Below are positions 1 to 9,585 of a DNA stretch of 64,000 nt, piece by piece. The position numbers and the translations under genes are program-made. Numbering within the stretch: position 1 is the first letter of the stretch; each line of letters begins with the position of its first letter. Source of the stretch: a bacterium (lineage in GTDB: Bacteria; Patescibacteriota; Minisyncoccia; JAHIHE01; JAGLIN01); assembly GCA_030638825.1 (NCBI GenBank), contig DAOWDU010000031.1, positions 4,206 through 68,205 of the forward strand, read 5' to 3'. The notes beneath the pieces were generated by a model that did no database searches, was not told where the DNA came from, and saw only the letters and a program-made list of their open reading frames with translations.

Positions 1-1
1 T

Positions 2-1069
2 TCAGCGCCAAATCCAGGAGAGGCAGACACAGGACAAAGCGTGGAAGTAAATCAATTAAGTTCAGGAACGATTTATCATTTTGCGATGAAAGTGTCAGAT
101 GAAGTTCCAAATGAATCTGGAATTTCAAATGTTGTTTCAGCGACTACTAAAACTCCTCAAAATACTGGCGGCGGCGGAGGTGGAAGTTACACTCCCCCTT
201 CAAGCCAAACGGCTAATAATGTTCCCTTAAAAATCTCATCCTCTCAAAAAGGAACTCTAAACCAAAACCTAAACAAGAAAAATAAAGTAAAACTAGAAGT
301 TCCAAAAGGCAGTATAAAATCTACAACAACTTTTACGGCGAGCGAGGGAAGTTTAGAAGAGGAAAATATTCCAAAAGATAAGATAGGCGCGTTCTTGTTT
401 AATGGATTAGTTTTTAATGTTGAAGCGGTTGATTCAAGCAACAAAGCAGTGAGAGAATTCTCAGAAGATTTGACGATTACTTTAACTGTTCCAGATCTGC
501 CAGATGATACAACAGATTTAGAACTCTATTATTATGACGATGAAAAAGAAGAATGGATAATAATTACAGATATTGAATTTGGCGATGGCACGATTTCGTT
601 CAAAGTAAATCACCTCACGCAGTTTGCGGTTTTTGCAACGAAGACAGGAGAAGTTAAAGGTGAAACTAATGTAAATATTCTTGACGGCGACATTATCCAA
701 TGCAAATCTTCAGAAAACCCATTCGCTGTTTATATTGTTAAAGAAGTCGGCGAGACAAAATATATCAGACATATCGTCAGTTTAGAAATCTTTAACTATT
801 ACGGACATCTCAAATGGGAAAATTTGAAACAAGTTGATTCTCTAGATGGCTATTCTCTCTCTAGCTGGGTAAGAGTGAACACCGGACCAAACGGAACAGC
901 TGGACCAACCGACAAAGTTTATGAAATCAATGGCGATCAAACAAAGCACTGGATCAATATGACCGCGGAAGATTTTCTTTCCCACGGTGGATCTGAACTA
1001 GCGATTTATAGCGTTAATCAGGGAGAATTGGATTTGTATAAAACGGGGGCGGATGTGATGATGCTGTAA
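2..1069 (+). CDS. 3' fragment of a cell-surface protein. It has an Fn3-like terminal domain and a Gly-rich linker.
   Basis: The reading frame is open from the window edge, so the N-terminus is missing. The motif LSSGTIYHFAMKVSDEVPNESG resembles the C-terminal strand pattern of fibronectin type III domains. A poly-Gly linker follows. Confidence 0.45.
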   Translation, partial: SAPNPGEADTGQSVEVNQLSSGTIYHFAMKVSDEVPNESGISNVVSATTKTPQNTGGGGGGSYTPPSSQTANNVPLKISSSQKGTLNQNLNKKNKVKLEVPKGSIKSTTTFTASEGSLEEENIPKDKIGAFLFNGLVFNVEAVDSSNKAVREFSEDLTITLTVPDLPDDTTDLELYYYDDEKEEWIIITDIEFGDGTISFKVNHLTQFAVFATKTGEVKGETNVNILDGDIIQCKSSENPFAVYIVKEVGETKYIRHIVSLEIFNYYGHLKWENLKQVDSLDGYSLSSWVRVNTGPNGTAGPTDKVYEINGDQTKHWINMTAEDFLSHGGSELAIYSVNQGELDLYKTGADVMML

Positions 1070-1141
1070 AATATTAAAATTTTAATTCCTGAAATCTAAA
1101 AATCTGCCATAACCAAAACAGATTTTAAGAGCGAAATAAAA

Positions 1142-1179
1142 AACAGCGGTATGCTTTAAAAAAATACTGCTGTTTTTTA
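1142..1179. terminator. Putative bidirectional rho-independent terminator
   Basis: An imperfect hairpin (aacagcggtat ... atactgctgtt) is flanked by an A-run and a T-run. It lies between convergent genes, the surface protein on + and galT on -. Confidence 0.4.
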
Positions 1180-1191
1180 TTATGAAGAAAT

Positions 1192-2205
1192 TTATTCTCT
1201 CAACATCTCTGCCCCTCTCTCTGGAATTACAGAACAAACTTCTATCCCCGTACTAAGCTCAAGACCAGCCCATATATTTGTCTTTGGAAATATTTCAAAA
1301 TGCCAGTGGTAATGATCATAAGCCTGTCCATTGCAGGGCGCCGTGTGTAAAAATAGATTATAAGCTGGATCATTTAAATTCTTCTTCAATTTTGACAAGC
1401 AAAATTTCATCGCTTCCGCTAATTTTATTTTTTGTTCATCCGTAATCCTTTCAAAATATGACAAATGCCTTTTCGGATAAATTCTCATCTCAAAAGGAAC
1501 TCTAGAAACAAAGGGACAAACAGCGACAAATTCTTCATTTTCAAATATTATTCTTTTACCGCTTTCTTTTTCCCATTCAATCATCACGCAATGCACGCAT
1601 TCCAAATGAGATTTATAATAATTTTCGCTTCCGCTTAAACTCCTAAAAACATCGGGGTCTATTACAGGCATTGCCATTATCTGACTGTGTGGATGCTTAA
1701 GAGAAGCTCCTGCCTCGCATCCGTAATTTTTAAAGATAGAAATATATTTGATATGCCTCTTATTCATTAACGCTAAATACCGATCTTGATAAGCGTCTAT
1801 TACTTCGGCGACGCGCTCAATTTCCATTTCGGGAATATCTTTCTGGTGATCCTCGGTAACCAAAACTTCGTGATGTCCAACTCCGTCTATTACCTCAAAA
1901 GGTCCGTGCTCTCTATTGTTTATATTTTTATAATTCGCGCAAAGCGCTGGAAATTTATTTGGAAAAACTTTTAAGCTCCAATCTTTGTTCTTTTTTAAAT
2001 ATACCAAAAGATCTTTTTCCTGATCCAAAATATTCTCTTTACAAAATGGGCATTTTTTCAAATCTTCTGCGCTTTCTTTTTTTGCTGCTTTTTCCTTCGA
2101 AAAATCAGGTCTCTTTTTTCTTTCCGTTGAATAAATAACCCAAGTCCCGCTCACCAAATCTTTTCTAAGCTGAGAAAATATCTTTTCTTTTTTATTGTTA
2201 CTCAT
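1192..2205 (-). CDS. galT: Galactose-1-phosphate uridylyltransferase-like protein of the HIT superfamily
   Basis: A CPFC zinc motif, an HPHSQ motif (HxHxQ) and a second half-domain motif HYHWHFEIFP are present. The length is about 337 aa. Confidence 0.6.
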   Translation of the reverse strand: MSNNKKEKIFSQLRKDLVSGTWVIYSTERKKRPDFSKEKAAKKESAEDLKKCPFCKENILDQEKDLLVYLKKNKDWSLKVFPNKFPALCANYKNINNREHGPFEVIDGVGHHEVLVTEDHQKDIPEMEIERVAEVIDAYQDRYLALMNKRHIKYISIFKNYGCEAGASLKHPHSQIMAMPVIDPDVFRSLSGSENYYKSHLECVHCVMIEWEKESGKRIIFENEEFVAVCPFVSRVPFEMRIYPKRHLSYFERITDEQKIKLAEAMKFCLSKLKKNLNDPAYNLFLHTAPCNGQAYDHYHWHFEIFPKTNIWAGLELSTGIEVCSVIPERGAEMLRE

Positions 2206-2249
2206 ACATTTTATTTAGAAAATAGCTTAACTATATTTTATCACAATGA

Positions 2250-2355
2250 GCTAAATTTGTCATAGTGAGCAATGTCATCCTGAGTTTATCGAAGGATTGT
2301 CGAATTATGATAAATTTAGCGTGTTTGCCACCCTTCGACAAGCTCAGGGTGACAG
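2250..2355. repeat. Palindromic repeat, family C (gtcatcctgag...tcgaagg...cttcgacaagctcagggtgaca)
   Basis: An inverted-repeat structure is visible. Related copies occur at 8631-8702 and a partial copy at 36648-36705. Confidence 0.6.
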
Positions 2356-2356
2356 A

Positions 2357-2761
2357 TTACTTTTTATTAAGATAATCCTGCAAAATAATCCTCGCCGCCT
2401 CCTGATCTATAATTTTTTTTATCTGTTCACTTTTCACTCCCGCTTTTCTTAAATTTTCTTCAGCCATTTTGGAGGTAAAAATTTCGTTTATTTCTATAAT
2501 CGGTATCTCAATATTATCGCTTAGTTTAGCGGAAAATCCTTTTATATTCTGAGTTTGCGCGCTTTCGCCTTTAAATCCAATTGGAATGCCAAGAATTATT
2601 TTTGAGATATTTTTTTCTAAAATAATCTTTTTTATTTCTTTTATTAAATTATCCGAAGATTTATTTTTAACTGTCAAAAAACGGCTGGCTAATTTTTCGT
2701 TTTTGTCTGAAATAGCCAAGCCTGTTTTTTTGTCACCGTGATCAATGCTTAGTATTTTCAT
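2357..2761 (-). CDS. ruvX: Holliday junction resolvase-like protein RuvX/YqgF
   Basis: The N-terminus MKILSIDHGDKKTGLAISD is typical of YqgF RNase H-like proteins. The length is 134 aa. Confidence 0.75.
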   Translation of the reverse strand: MKILSIDHGDKKTGLAISDKNEKLASRFLTVKNKSSDNLIKEIKKIILEKNISKIILGIPIGFKGESAQTQNIKGFSAKLSDNIEIPIIEINEIFTSKMAEENLRKAGVKSEQIKKIIDQEAARIILQDYLNKK

Positions 2762-2771
2762 AAATTTAATT

Positions 2772-3554
2772 TTACCTCGTCAAAATCTCACATCCATCTT
2801 CCATCACCGCTACCGTGTGTTCAAAATGCGCCGATAATTTCCCGTCAGTTGTTCTGATTGTCCAGCCATCTTGATCGCATTTAATATCATAACTGCCTTC
2901 ATTCAACATCGGCTCTATCGCAAAAGTCATTCCTGGACATAATTTTAAACCAGTTCTTTTCTTACCAAAATTCGGCACTTCTGGCGGTTCGTGAATTGAT
3001 CGTCCGACGCCATGTCCGATTAGATTCCTAACAACAGAGAAATTATTTTCTTCAGCATATTTCTGCACAGCAAATCCAATATCGCCTATTTTATTTCCTG
3101 GCTTTACTTGCTCTATCCCTTTAAATAAAGATTCTCTCGTAACATCAATCAACTTCTGCGCTTTCTCGCTTATTTTCCCAGCGCCAATTGTCACAGCGCT
3201 GTCGCTGTGAAATCCTTTATATTTTACACCCATATCAATGCTCACAAGATCGCCCTCTTTTATTATTTTCTTAAACGGAAAACCATGCACAATTTCATCA
3301 TTTATAGAAAGACAGATTATAGACGGAAACGGAATTATACTGCTACATATTTTGTAATTTTTAAAAGATGGAATTACTCTATATCTCTGAACTTCTTTCT
3401 CCGCAATTTTTTCTAACTCATCTCCCGAAATTCCTGGTTTTATTTTAGAAGATAACAACTCCAAAATCCCCGCGAGTATTTTCCCGCTTTCTCTCATTGT
3501 TTTTATTTCGGATTTGGATTTTAGGTTTATTTTTCGTTTCATTATTTTATTCAT
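2772..3554 (-). CDS. map: Methionine aminopeptidase type I
   Basis: The motif HGVGRSIHEPPEVPNFG and other metal-ligand region motifs are present. The ORF start was trimmed to MNKIMKRK because the upstream 27 codons run into a family-A repeat. Confidence 0.85.
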   Translation of the reverse strand: MNKIMKRKINLKSKSEIKTMRESGKILAGILELLSSKIKPGISGDELEKIAEKEVQRYRVIPSFKNYKICSSIIPFPSIICLSINDEIVHGFPFKKIIKEGDLVSIDMGVKYKGFHSDSAVTIGAGKISEKAQKLIDVTRESLFKGIEQVKPGNKIGDIGFAVQKYAEENNFSVVRNLIGHGVGRSIHEPPEVPNFGKKRTGLKLCPGMTFAIEPMLNEGSYDIKCDQDGWTIRTTDGKLSAHFEHTVAVMEDGCEILTR

Positions 3555-3566
3555 TGTATTATAAAC

Positions 3567-3735
3567 TGTCATTGCGAGGAGCCCGAATGAACGCAGTGAG
3601 TGAAATGGCGACGAAGCAATCCCGTAACTATGCACAGAGAACTACCGACGGTGCCATAGTCTCCGCAGAGCTGTGGCACCGCATCTGCAAATCTTGCATT
3701 CTGGGTTCCACAGCCCTACGGGACTATGGAACCCT
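3567..3735. repeat. A truncated family-A element (left half) fused to a second repeat type (ggttccatagtctccgcagagctgtgg...)
   Basis: It opens with ctgtcattgcgaggagcc...gacgaagcaatcccgtaactatgcac. The second part is shared with 36440-36560. Confidence 0.55.
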
Positions 3736-3740
3736 CGGCT

Positions 3741-4400
3741 TTACTTCACATAACCAACAATCTCCCCAAACACATCCTCTACTCCCTGCTCCCCATCAAT
3801 CTTTATCAACATATTTTTCCCCTCATAATATTCCAGCACTGGACTAAGCAATTTTTTACTCCACTCCAAACGCTTCAAAATCTTCTCTGGCGTGTCGTCT
3901 TCCCTCCGATAAACTTCACTCCCGCAAATTGGACATTTTGTATCTTCTTCACCTAAATCTTTTCCGATAATTAAGGGATGTCCATTTTTTTTGCATAATT
4001 TCCGAACAGAAAGTCTTTTCACCGATTCTTCTTTAGATATATCCACATAAAAAATATAATTAATTTTTCTATTCACTTCTTTCAATTTCTTCTCCCAAAA
4101 TTCCGCTTCTTCCAAAATCCGCGGTGTGCCGTCAAATATGATTCCCTTATTTTCATCAAGCTCACTTAATTTTTGTCCCAATATTTTCTCCTTCATAAAA
4201 TCCCAAGGAACAATATTTCCTTTGACATTAATAATCTCATTTATCTTCCTGCCAATTTCCGTATCTTGCTTAGCGATATTCCTCAAAACATCCCCCGTCT
4301 CAAAAATCTGCAAATCAAATTTTTTTGCCAACATTCTTGCTTGCGTTCCTTTTCCCGAACCTTGCGGTCCCATTATTATGATGTTGATATTTTGTTTCAT
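3741..4400 (-). CDS. adk: Adenylate kinase with a zinc-binding lid
   Basis: A GPQGSGKGTQ P-loop and a CxxC...CxxC lid (CKKNGHPL...CPICGSE) are present. Confidence 0.9.
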   Translation of the reverse strand: MKQNINIIIMGPQGSGKGTQARMLAKKFDLQIFETGDVLRNIAKQDTEIGRKINEIINVKGNIVPWDFMKEKILGQKLSELDENKGIIFDGTPRILEEAEFWEKKLKEVNRKINYIFYVDISKEESVKRLSVRKLCKKNGHPLIIGKDLGEEDTKCPICGSEVYRREDDTPEKILKRLEWSKKLLSPVLEYYEGKNMLIKIDGEQGVEDVFGEIVGYVK

Positions 4401-4408
4401 TTTGGTTT

Positions 4409-4981
4409 TTAATAATTATTACATTCTTTTAAAATAATCCCTTTTACCTCTTCCACCGCTTCTCCTAATTTCCCTTCATAATTAACAACTTCATAATCAT
4501 AAATATCTTTATGCTTCAACCACTCTTTCGTGTAAATCATTCTTTCCTTAACAAATTCCTCACTCGCCCCGCGGTTTAGAATTCTTTGTTTTAATATTTC
4601 AAGCGTTGGCGTCATTATAAAAATAGCGACAACTTCAGGCATTAATTTTTTGACTGTTATCACGCCTTTATATTCAATCTTCCAAATTCCTATTTTACCG
4701 CTCTTAATAACTCTTTTAATTTCCTTATTAGTCACGCCATAAAACTGATTATTATATTCCCGCGCATATTCAAAAAATCTATTCTCCGCAATTCCCTTTT
4801 TAAATTCTTCCTTAGAAATAAAATAATAAGGATCCTCCCCAAAAACATCCGACCGCTTTTCTCTCGTCGTTGTTGTCACCACTCTCTCAATCGGCAAAAA
4901 CTTTTTCAGCCCCTCAATAATACTATCCTCGCCTGCGCCAGATGGTCCAGAGATTATGAATAGGTTGTTTTTAGTTGGCAT
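4409..4981 (-). CDS. gmk: Guanylate kinase
   Basis: The motifs ISGPSGAG, TTTREKR, and FEYAREYNNQFYGV align to Gmk. Confidence 0.8.
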   Translation of the reverse strand: MPTKNNLFIISGPSGAGEDSIIEGLKKFLPIERVVTTTTREKRSDVFGEDPYYFISKEEFKKGIAENRFFEYAREYNNQFYGVTNKEIKRVIKSGKIGIWKIEYKGVITVKKLMPEVVAIFIMTPTLEILKQRILNRGASEEFVKERMIYTKEWLKHKDIYDYEVVNYEGKLGEAVEEVKGIILKECNNY

Positions 4982-5071
4982 TGTTTATTTATGAAAAAGT
5001 AAATTCAATTCGTCATTCCTGCGGAGGCAGGAATCCATTTTATCTCAATGACTGATATTTTTCGCAATTTT

Positions 5072-5980
5072 TTATTCAATCAGATTTTGCGGACATCCCT
5101 TTATCCACGCTTCAATATTATCAATAACCATTTCATTTCCATTAAAAATAGAACTATCAGCGCTCCACGCAATATGCGGAGTTACAAGAACTTTTTTATG
5201 TTTTAATAATTTTTGATAATAATTATTATAAATATCTCCCACTATTTCACTTGCGCAATCGTCAGCAACTCCGCTTAAGATATTTTTATCTAAAGTTTCT
5301 ATCATTGCATCGGAATTATAGATTTCTTTTTTTGTAAAAGTTATAAAATAAGAATTCTTTTTTAAAGAAAAAAAGAAATTTTTATTTAGCAAATTAACCG
5401 TGCCTTCGTTTGGACTCAAACAATTAATTACTACATCCGCACTTTTAATCTTTTTTAACAAATTATCTCCTCTGTCAAAAAATACAACATTCATTCCAAA
5501 AGCTTCGCATAATTTACCCACTCTTGACCCAATATTTCCTTTTCCTAAAATAGTTACATTTTTGTTTTTAATACTCTGTGTTATTTCTGGCATCTCGCCT
5601 TTTGGTAAATTATTATTTTTGATAAACTGCGAGAATTTTCTAAATAAATTTAAAATCATAGACATAACCCATTCTGACACAGCGTCTTTATTACAACCAG
5701 GGCTGTTTGCCAATGTAATATTATTTTTTTTCAATTGTTCAATATCAATACTATCAAGAGCAACAAACGGATATGTTATAAAAACATTCTTTAATTTATT
5801 TAAATTATCTTTTAAACCAAATTCTTCGCTACAAATAATGTCTGCGTCTTTTGCCCTGCTTAACCATTCCTCTTCAGTTGCAGGAGAATCATCATAAAAT
5901 TTAACATCGCCTAATTTTTTTAAGCGTTTTGTTTGCTCTGATGTAAAACCAAAATTTTGTGTTATTATTATTTTTTTCAT
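5072..5980 (-). CDS. D-isomer-specific 2-hydroxyacid dehydrogenase family protein
   Basis: An NAD-binding motif GKGNIGSRVG is present and the length is 302 aa. It sits between secY and gmk. Confidence 0.65.
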   Translation of the reverse strand: MKKIIITQNFGFTSEQTKRLKKLGDVKFYDDSPATEEEWLSRAKDADIICSEEFGLKDNLNKLKNVFITYPFVALDSIDIEQLKKNNITLANSPGCNKDAVSEWVMSMILNLFRKFSQFIKNNNLPKGEMPEITQSIKNKNVTILGKGNIGSRVGKLCEAFGMNVVFFDRGDNLLKKIKSADVVINCLSPNEGTVNLLNKNFFFSLKKNSYFITFTKKEIYNSDAMIETLDKNILSGVADDCASEIVGDIYNNYYQKLLKHKKVLVTPHIAWSADSSIFNGNEMVIDNIEAWIKGCPQNLIE

Positions 5981-6126
5981 AGTGTTTGTTAAAAATATTA
6001 TTTCTGCATAGCATTGTTCTTAGATTTCTCGCCTTAAAGGGTTCGAAATGACACAAAATAAGGAATGACAATTTATAAAAACAAAACCCGAAATAAATTC
6101 AGGTCGTCAGCAAAGATGCGCAAAAA

Positions 6127-6206
6127 CTGGAGTTCACACTTTAGTGTGTAAATTTTAATTTAAATGAAATAAATTCTTACAGGTTAAAACCTGAACTCCA
6201 GAATTT
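6127..6206. repeat. Palindromic repeat family E (ctggagttcacactttagtgtgtaaa...tacaggttaaaacctgaactccag)
   Basis: Terminal inverted repeats ctggagttca/tgaactccag. A near-identical copy lies at 38035-38115 inside prmC. Confidence 0.7.
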
Positions 6207-6211
6207 AATTT

Positions 6212-7483
6212 TTACAATTCATCATAATCCCTCATCGTCAACTGCGAATCAATTTGCCTGATAGAATCAAGAACAACTCCCACAACAATCAAAACAGCTG
6301 CGCCCCCGATAGCCATTGTGGTAACATTCGTCATCGCCTGACCGATAAATGGAAGAACGGCAATTAAACCAAGAAAAACCGCGCCGAGGAAAGTTATTCT
6401 GTTTAAAACCCTTCCTAAAAATTCTGCAGTATTGCCGCCAGGTCTAATCCCTGGCACAAACCCACCATGTTTTTGTAAATTTTCTGCGACATTTTTTGGA
6501 TCAAAAACGATAGAAGTATAAAAATAAGTGAAGAAGAAAACTGTTAAGAAATATAAAATCCCGTAGAATAATTGATCCTGAAAAAGATTATTAATAAAAA
6601 TTGCCACGCCAGCAATAGTCTCATTTGGATTTTCCACAAAAAACGAAGCGACAATTCCTGGAAAAAGCATAATTGACATTGCGAAAATAAGTGGAATCAT
6701 TCCCGCAGAATTCACTTTGAGAGGCAAGAAAGTAGAAACTCCTCCCGAAGTTTTTCCTCCTCTAACTCGCCTCGCGTAAGAAACTGGAATATTTCTCTGC
6801 GCCTCCGCGATAGCGACTACCGCTAAAACTACAATTAGAGACATAATTAACAAGCCAATAATAGAAGGGACTTTATCGGGAGTCATTGTTGAGATAGTTT
6901 GTTGCGCTCCCATCGGCAACCCAGCTACAATTCCCGCGAAAATAATTAGAGAAATTCCGTTGCCGATTTTCTTTTCGGAGATAAGTTCTCCAAGCCACAT
7001 CAGAAATACAGTTCCAGCTGTAATCAATGAAATAGCGACCGCTATATCAAAATTATCAACATTACCAATAATTCCCTGATTTCGCAAAAGAGTAATCATC
7101 GCGAAACTTTGCAAAATAGCAAGTGGCACTGTCGCCATTCTCGTGAACTGATTAAATTTCTGCCGTCCCTGCTCTCCAGATTCCTGATACATTTCCTTGA
7201 TCTGCGGAAAAATCATCGTCAATAATTGCATTATAATTGAAGCGGTAATATACGGTCCAACTCCAAGCAAAACTAAGGAGAATTTTTCCATTCCCCCGCC
7301 AGTGAACATACTCAACATTCCGAGCAACTGATTGCTATGAAAAAAATCACTAAGTCTCTCAGAATCAACAATCGGGATAGGAATATGCGCCGCAATTCTA
7401 AAAACAATCAGCATTGCGCCGACAAAAAATATTTTATTTCGAAGTTCACGATCTTTAAAAACTCGGATTAGTTTTTTGAACAT
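6212..7483 (-). CDS. secY: Preprotein translocase subunit SecY
   Basis: It is a 423-aa polytopic membrane protein located after rplO, in the conserved spc position. Confidence 0.9.
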   Translation of the reverse strand: MFKKLIRVFKDRELRNKIFFVGAMLIVFRIAAHIPIPIVDSERLSDFFHSNQLLGMLSMFTGGGMEKFSLVLLGVGPYITASIIMQLLTMIFPQIKEMYQESGEQGRQKFNQFTRMATVPLAILQSFAMITLLRNQGIIGNVDNFDIAVAISLITAGTVFLMWLGELISEKKIGNGISLIIFAGIVAGLPMGAQQTISTMTPDKVPSIIGLLIMSLIVVLAVVAIAEAQRNIPVSYARRVRGGKTSGGVSTFLPLKVNSAGMIPLIFAMSIMLFPGIVASFFVENPNETIAGVAIFINNLFQDQLFYGILYFLTVFFFTYFYTSIVFDPKNVAENLQKHGGFVPGIRPGGNTAEFLGRVLNRITFLGAVFLGLIAVLPFIGQAMTNVTTMAIGGAAVLIVVGVVLDSIRQIDSQLTMRDYDEL

Positions 7484-7487
7484 AAAA

Positions 7488-7916
7488 TTATGTTAATATT
7501 TTTCCGCCCGTCTTCTTAATCTTCTCCTCCGCACTCTTAGAAACTATACAGCCCTCAATAATAAACTTTTTACTCAACTCCCCATTCCCAAGGATTTTAA
7601 CTCTTGGTTTTATCTTGCTGATCAATCCTTTTTTCAATAATATTCCTGGATTGATAATATCTCCACTCTCAAAACTCGCTTCTAATGAAGAAACATTTGT
7701 GATATTATTTTTGGCGTATAAACTTTTAAACCCTCTCAACTTCGGAGTTCTTCTAAATAAAGGAGTCTTATCTCCCGCAAAACTTCTTCCTTTCCCACCC
7801 CCAGATCTTGATTTCTGCCCTTTCATTCCCCGCGTAGAATAAGTCCCATGAGTCCCGCCACGACCGACTACCTTCTTCCTCTTTTTCTTTGTTGGTTTCA
7901 AATTATGTAATTGCAT
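7488..7916 (-). CDS. rplO: 50S ribosomal protein L15
   Basis: The Gly/Lys/Arg-rich N-terminus and the rpsE-rplO-secY order support the call. Confidence 0.9.
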   Translation of the reverse strand: MQLHNLKPTKKKRKKVVGRGGTHGTYSTRGMKGQKSRSGGGKGRSFAGDKTPLFRRTPKLRGFKSLYAKNNITNVSSLEASFESGDIINPGILLKKGLISKIKPRVKILGNGELSKKFIIEGCIVSKSAEEKIKKTGGKILT

Positions 7917-7985
7917 AAAATCATTTTAATATTAAAACATTTAAACAAAATCTAGACTTAATATTTAATATCCAATATTTAATAT

Positions 7986-8576
7986 TTATTTTTCTTTCTT
8001 AACTTCCTCTTTAACATCCTTCTTCACATCTTTTTTAACCTCATCCTTCTTAACACCCTCTTTTAACTTCTTAATCTCAAACTGTTCCAGAAGTTTAATC
8101 GTTGCTCTGGCGTTATTTAATTTACTTTTAGATCCAAGCATTTTTCCTGAAATATCGCTAATTCCAGCCAAACTAACAACTGTTCTAACTGCGCCTCCAG
8201 CTACAATTCCGTTTCCTTTTCGGGCTGGTTTTAGAAGAATTTTTGCGCTACCAAGTTTTCCGTGAACTTCGTAAGGAATGGTATTGCCAGTAAAACTCAA
8301 CTCAATCATATTTTTCTTAGCGTCAGCGTATGATTTTTCCGTAGAAATTTTCATATCTTTTCCTTTGGACACGCCCACTCCTACCTTGCCTCTTTTGTTT
8401 CCAATCACAACAACAGTCCGAAAGCTAAATCTTTTTCCACCTTTAACAACACGCGTCACGCGCGCAATGTCAATCACCTTTTGCTCATATTCTTTCTTCT
8501 CTCTTTCTCTCCGCTTCTTCTTAAAAGGCTTTTTCTTAAATGTCTGCTTTTGATCCGAATTTTCTTGTTTAAACAT
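7986..8576 (-). CDS. rpsE: 30S ribosomal protein S5 with Lys/Glu-rich N- and C-terminal extensions
   Basis: The S5 dsRBD/S5 core (VTRVVKGGKRFSFR...GIVAGGAVR) is present. Confidence 0.9.
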   Translation of the reverse strand: MFKQENSDQKQTFKKKPFKKKRREREKKEYEQKVIDIARVTRVVKGGKRFSFRTVVVIGNKRGKVGVGVSKGKDMKISTEKSYADAKKNMIELSFTGNTIPYEVHGKLGSAKILLKPARKGNGIVAGGAVRTVVSLAGISDISGKMLGSKSKLNNARATIKLLEQFEIKKLKEGVKKDEVKKDVKKDVKEEVKKEK

Positions 8577-8630
8577 AAATTTAAATTGTTATATAATCAT
8601 ATCCTCTTTAAATTGCAATTAGCTAAATTT

Positions 8631-8702
8631 GTCACCCTGAGCTTGTCGAAGGGTGATAAATTTAGCGAGCCTGCCCATCCTTCGACAAGCTCAGGATGAC
8701 AA
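8631..8702. repeat. Palindromic repeat family C copy
   Basis: The sequence gtcaccctgagcttgtcgaagggtg ... ccttcgacaagctcaggatgac forms an inverted repeat. Confidence 0.6.
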
Positions 8703-8796
8703 TGCTGTTATATTTCTTAATTCAAAATAGTTTATTCTAAATAAAATGCTTTTAAAAAGAAAAGAGTAAAGTGAAATAAAATTAAACATCACTACT

Positions 8797-8979
8797 TTAC
8801 TCAATTTTAGAGATTTTAATTCTTACTATTTTTTCTTCTGGATAATCTCCAAATTCATGATGAAGATTACCCTCAGAGTAAAAGGTTAGGGATCCTATTC
8901 CATTTACTCCCAGTAAATACCCTTTTTCTATTTTATCCCAATCTCCCTTTGAAATTATAGCTTCTATTTCCTTGCTCAT
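8797..8979 (-). CDS. Hypothetical 60-aa protein inserted between rplR and rpsE
   Basis: Only the ORF supports it; there is no recognisable domain. Confidence 0.3.
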   Translation of the reverse strand: MSKEIEAIISKGDWDKIEKGYLLGVNGIGSLTFYSEGNLHHEFGDYPEEKIVRIKISKIE

Positions 8980-9052
8980 TATTGCCTGCCTCCTTTATTT
9001 ATATTGAAGAAATTTTCCTTCTAAAAACATTTTATTATTAAAGAACAATAAT

Positions 9053-9409
9053 TTAGAATTTCAATCCTCCCTCTCTCGCCCCATCAGCCACCGCTTTAAT
9101 TCTTCCGTGATATTTACATCCGCCTCTGTCAAAAACAACTTCAGTTATTTTCTTCTCTTCAGCTTTCTTCGCAATCAACTTCCCCGCTTCCGTTGCTTTT
9201 TCTGTTTTAGTCTTTCCTGATTTAACTTCCTGATCATTGATACTCGCCAAAGTAACGCCAGTTTGATCATCAATTAACTGGATAAATAAACCCTTGTTGC
9301 TTCTATAAACATTCAACCGTGGAATTTTCGCGCTCCCAAAAATCTTAGAGCGAACCTTATTATGTCTCCTTGCTTTATTCTCTTTTTTTATCTTCTCTAG
9401 ATTTTTCAT
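9053..9409 (-). CDS. rplR: 50S ribosomal protein L18
   Basis: The L18 core and its position after rplF support the call. Confidence 0.9.
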   Translation of the reverse strand: MKNLEKIKKENKARRHNKVRSKIFGSAKIPRLNVYRSNKGLFIQLIDDQTGVTLASINDQEVKSGKTKTEKATEAGKLIAKKAEEKKITEVVFDRGGCKYHGRIKAVADGAREGGLKF

Positions 9410-9436
9410 ATCTATTCTTAAATTTTAATTTATATA

Positions 9437-9577
9437 CTGTCATTGCGAGGAATGAAGTTGAGCGATAGCGAAACGGAATGACGAAGCAATCCCGTAACTA
9501 TGCACGATGAATTTAATCACGAGATTGCTTCGTCGCCATCTCTTCACTACGCTCAATCGGGCTTCTCGCAATGACAG
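9437..9577. mobile_element. Family-A TIR element (about 130-140 bp), MITE-like
   Basis: Termini ctgtcattgcgagga / tc(t/c)cgcaatgacag enclose an internal palindrome gacgaagcaatcccg...cgggattgcttcgtc. Confidence 0.75.
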
Positions 9578-9585
9578 GTAATATT

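Noticed and set aside
2772-3635. Extended N-terminus of map (MHSYGIASSPFHSLRSFGLLAMTVYN)
   Set aside because: The extension is encoded by a family-A repeat fragment. The conserved MetAP sequence begins at MNKIMKRK, so the shorter start was chosen.
6000-6120. tRNA gene suggested by the gggttcgaaatg motif
   Set aside because: There is no acceptor-stem pairing or anticodon arm, and the T-loop consensus GGTTCGAATCC is absent. I found no convincing tRNA or rRNA in the window.
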